A DNA stretch of 60,999 bases, filler included. It is 5 parts of 5 records of this genome, joined end to end, with 100 filler letters (N's around TTAATTAATTAA, not from the genome) between each part and the next. Parts side by side here need not be neighbours in the genome. Positions count along the whole stretch, not along the records: positions 51,008 to 60,999 come from SRR31156797_5620; 4 more parts are not named here. The stretch is one strand, 5' to 3'. The position numbers were made by a program, and so were the translations under genes. Shown here piece by piece: positions 59,819 to 60,999 of the stretch (position 1 is its first letter; every line of letters begins with the position of its first letter). The notes beneath the pieces were generated by a model. That model was given only the letters and a program-made list of their open reading frames with translations, was not told the DNA's origin and did no database searches.

Positions 59819-60938
59819 ATATTTCTGCTCGTTTTAGTATATCTTTTGCCCATTTTAAATGAGGTTTAATCTCATTCATTTTATTAGAGTACTCACTTTT
59901 AAGTACTCCGGCTTTTCCGTTATTATTATTGATAATCTCAACTGCATCTGTGTACTCCTCGTGAGTTACAACATACATTGCATTAACAGGAATAATGTGC
60001 GATGGATGTATTATAGTCTTCCCATGAAAACCATTAACTTTGTCCATAACAACTTCTCTCAGCAAAGTATCAGTATAATCATTCAGTAATTGCTTTCTTA
60101 CCTCTAATCCTTTTTCTCCCAGATTCTCTCTAAAGGGTGTCTGCCTAAGCTGAGGTTTCAAAACTCTATTATTTACATCATGAGTATTAAAATATTCCCA
60201 AACAACACCAGAGATAATGAATTCTTCTCTTTTGAAAATATTAATTATATCACCTAAAAAATCTCGAATCACTTCTATATTATATATAGTCGTATCGTAA
60301 TTTCTCCTTAATCCAAATAAACCGCATAAGTCTGTAGCTCCGATTCTTATATTCAGAATTCTTTCTTTATATTTAAGCATAGTTGTTAGCAAACTATCCA
60401 ACTCGCTATATCTTTTAGTTTTAACAATTACGTTTTCTGTTTCCAGAATTGGCATTGCATAAAAATATTTTTTGTCAGAGATAGCTATAATATTTTCTAA
60501 ATATTCTACTGCATTTTCTGAATTAAACTTTGGAAGAGTAAAACCTGAAATAATATCTAAATATTTTCCAAATTTTGCTTTTAGTTTAAGTAAATGCTCA
60601 GCATCTCTTACTCTAATAAACATTAAAGGCAGGTTGTTTTTTGCACTATCTTCTATAGTAATATATATTTCTTTTAAATTCCTTAGTAAATTTTCCTCCG
60701 CCTCTTCTACCTGACTATCACCTATTGCATCTTCCAAGCAAAACACAAGTGAAGTCAAGCCAATAAGTTTCTTGCTAAGTACAATCTCAGCTATACTTGC
60801 CCTGGTTGCAGGCATGTACAATGTTGCTCCCAATGCATTTTCCAGTACTTCCTTTTTACTATCTACTGTGAAAGAGCTTGGAGCTTTATAAAATATATCT
60901 TCTATTTTATTTTTACTTAAGTATGAAAAATGTTTCAT
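59772..60938 (-). CDS. HpcH/HpaI aldolase/citrate lyase-like protein of Ter clusters
   Basis: LGATLYMPATR, CLEDAI, MPILET, RIGATD and GKTIIHPSH motifs. Confidence 0.9.
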   Translation of the reverse strand: MKHFSYLSKNKIEDIFYKAPSSFTVDSKKEVLENALGATLYMPATRASIAEIVLSKKLIGLTSLVFCLEDAIGDSQVEEAEENLLRNLKEIYITIEDSAKNNLPLMFIRVRDAEHLLKLKAKFGKYLDIISGFTLPKFNSENAVEYLENIIAISDKKYFYAMPILETENVIVKTKRYSELDSLLTTMLKYKERILNIRIGATDLCGLFGLRRNYDTTIYNIEVIRDFLGDIINIFKREEFIISGVVWEYFNTHDVNNRVLKPQLRQTPFRENLGEKGLEVRKQLLNDYTDTLLREVVMDKVNGFHGKTIIHPSHIIPVNAMYVVTHEEYTDAVEIINNNNGKAGVLKSEYSNKMNEIKPHLKWAKDILKRAEIYGVFNKYENYTKLFI

Positions 60939-60999
60939 GTTTCCCGTCCCTTTGTTTCCTATAATTAATCTATATATATTTTAATTAGTTTCTTGTACA

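Overview
This window is not one locus. It is five unrelated contigs joined by 100-nt artificial spacers (N-runs around TTAATTAATTAA) at 19167-19266, 36401-36500, 45243-45342 and 50908-51007. Contig 1 (1-19166) is a very AT-rich bacterium with partial malQ, a sulfatase, a MATE transporter, an amidohydrolase and a PAL-like NHL lyase. A 21-bp palindrome (AGTAGTAC-N5-GTACTACT) sits just behind each of four promoters there. It also has a 2046-aa hybrid kinase bracketed by a 26-bp duplication of the ridA 3' end, and an MNT-HEPN protein with an Rpn-like C-terminal tail. Contig 2 (19267-36400) is Bacteroidota-like: two T9SS cargo proteins, nqrA-F, a T9SS plug protein, glutaminase and a RAYT transposase relic. 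Contig 3 (36501-45242) is Bacteroidota-like: an xusABC-like siderophore uptake locus plus an esterase, and a membrane-anchored XRE regulator. Contig 4 (45343-50907) is higher GC: TRAP transporter, glutamate formiminotransferase, ureohydrolase, a Sel1-repeat protein and the end of gdhA. Contig 5 (51008-60999) is an AT-rich Ter stress-response cluster with a cation/Ca2+ exchanger where TerC usually sits, followed by an uncalled 56-aa Zn-ribbon ORF. All family assignments come from motif recognition by eye; no searches were run.
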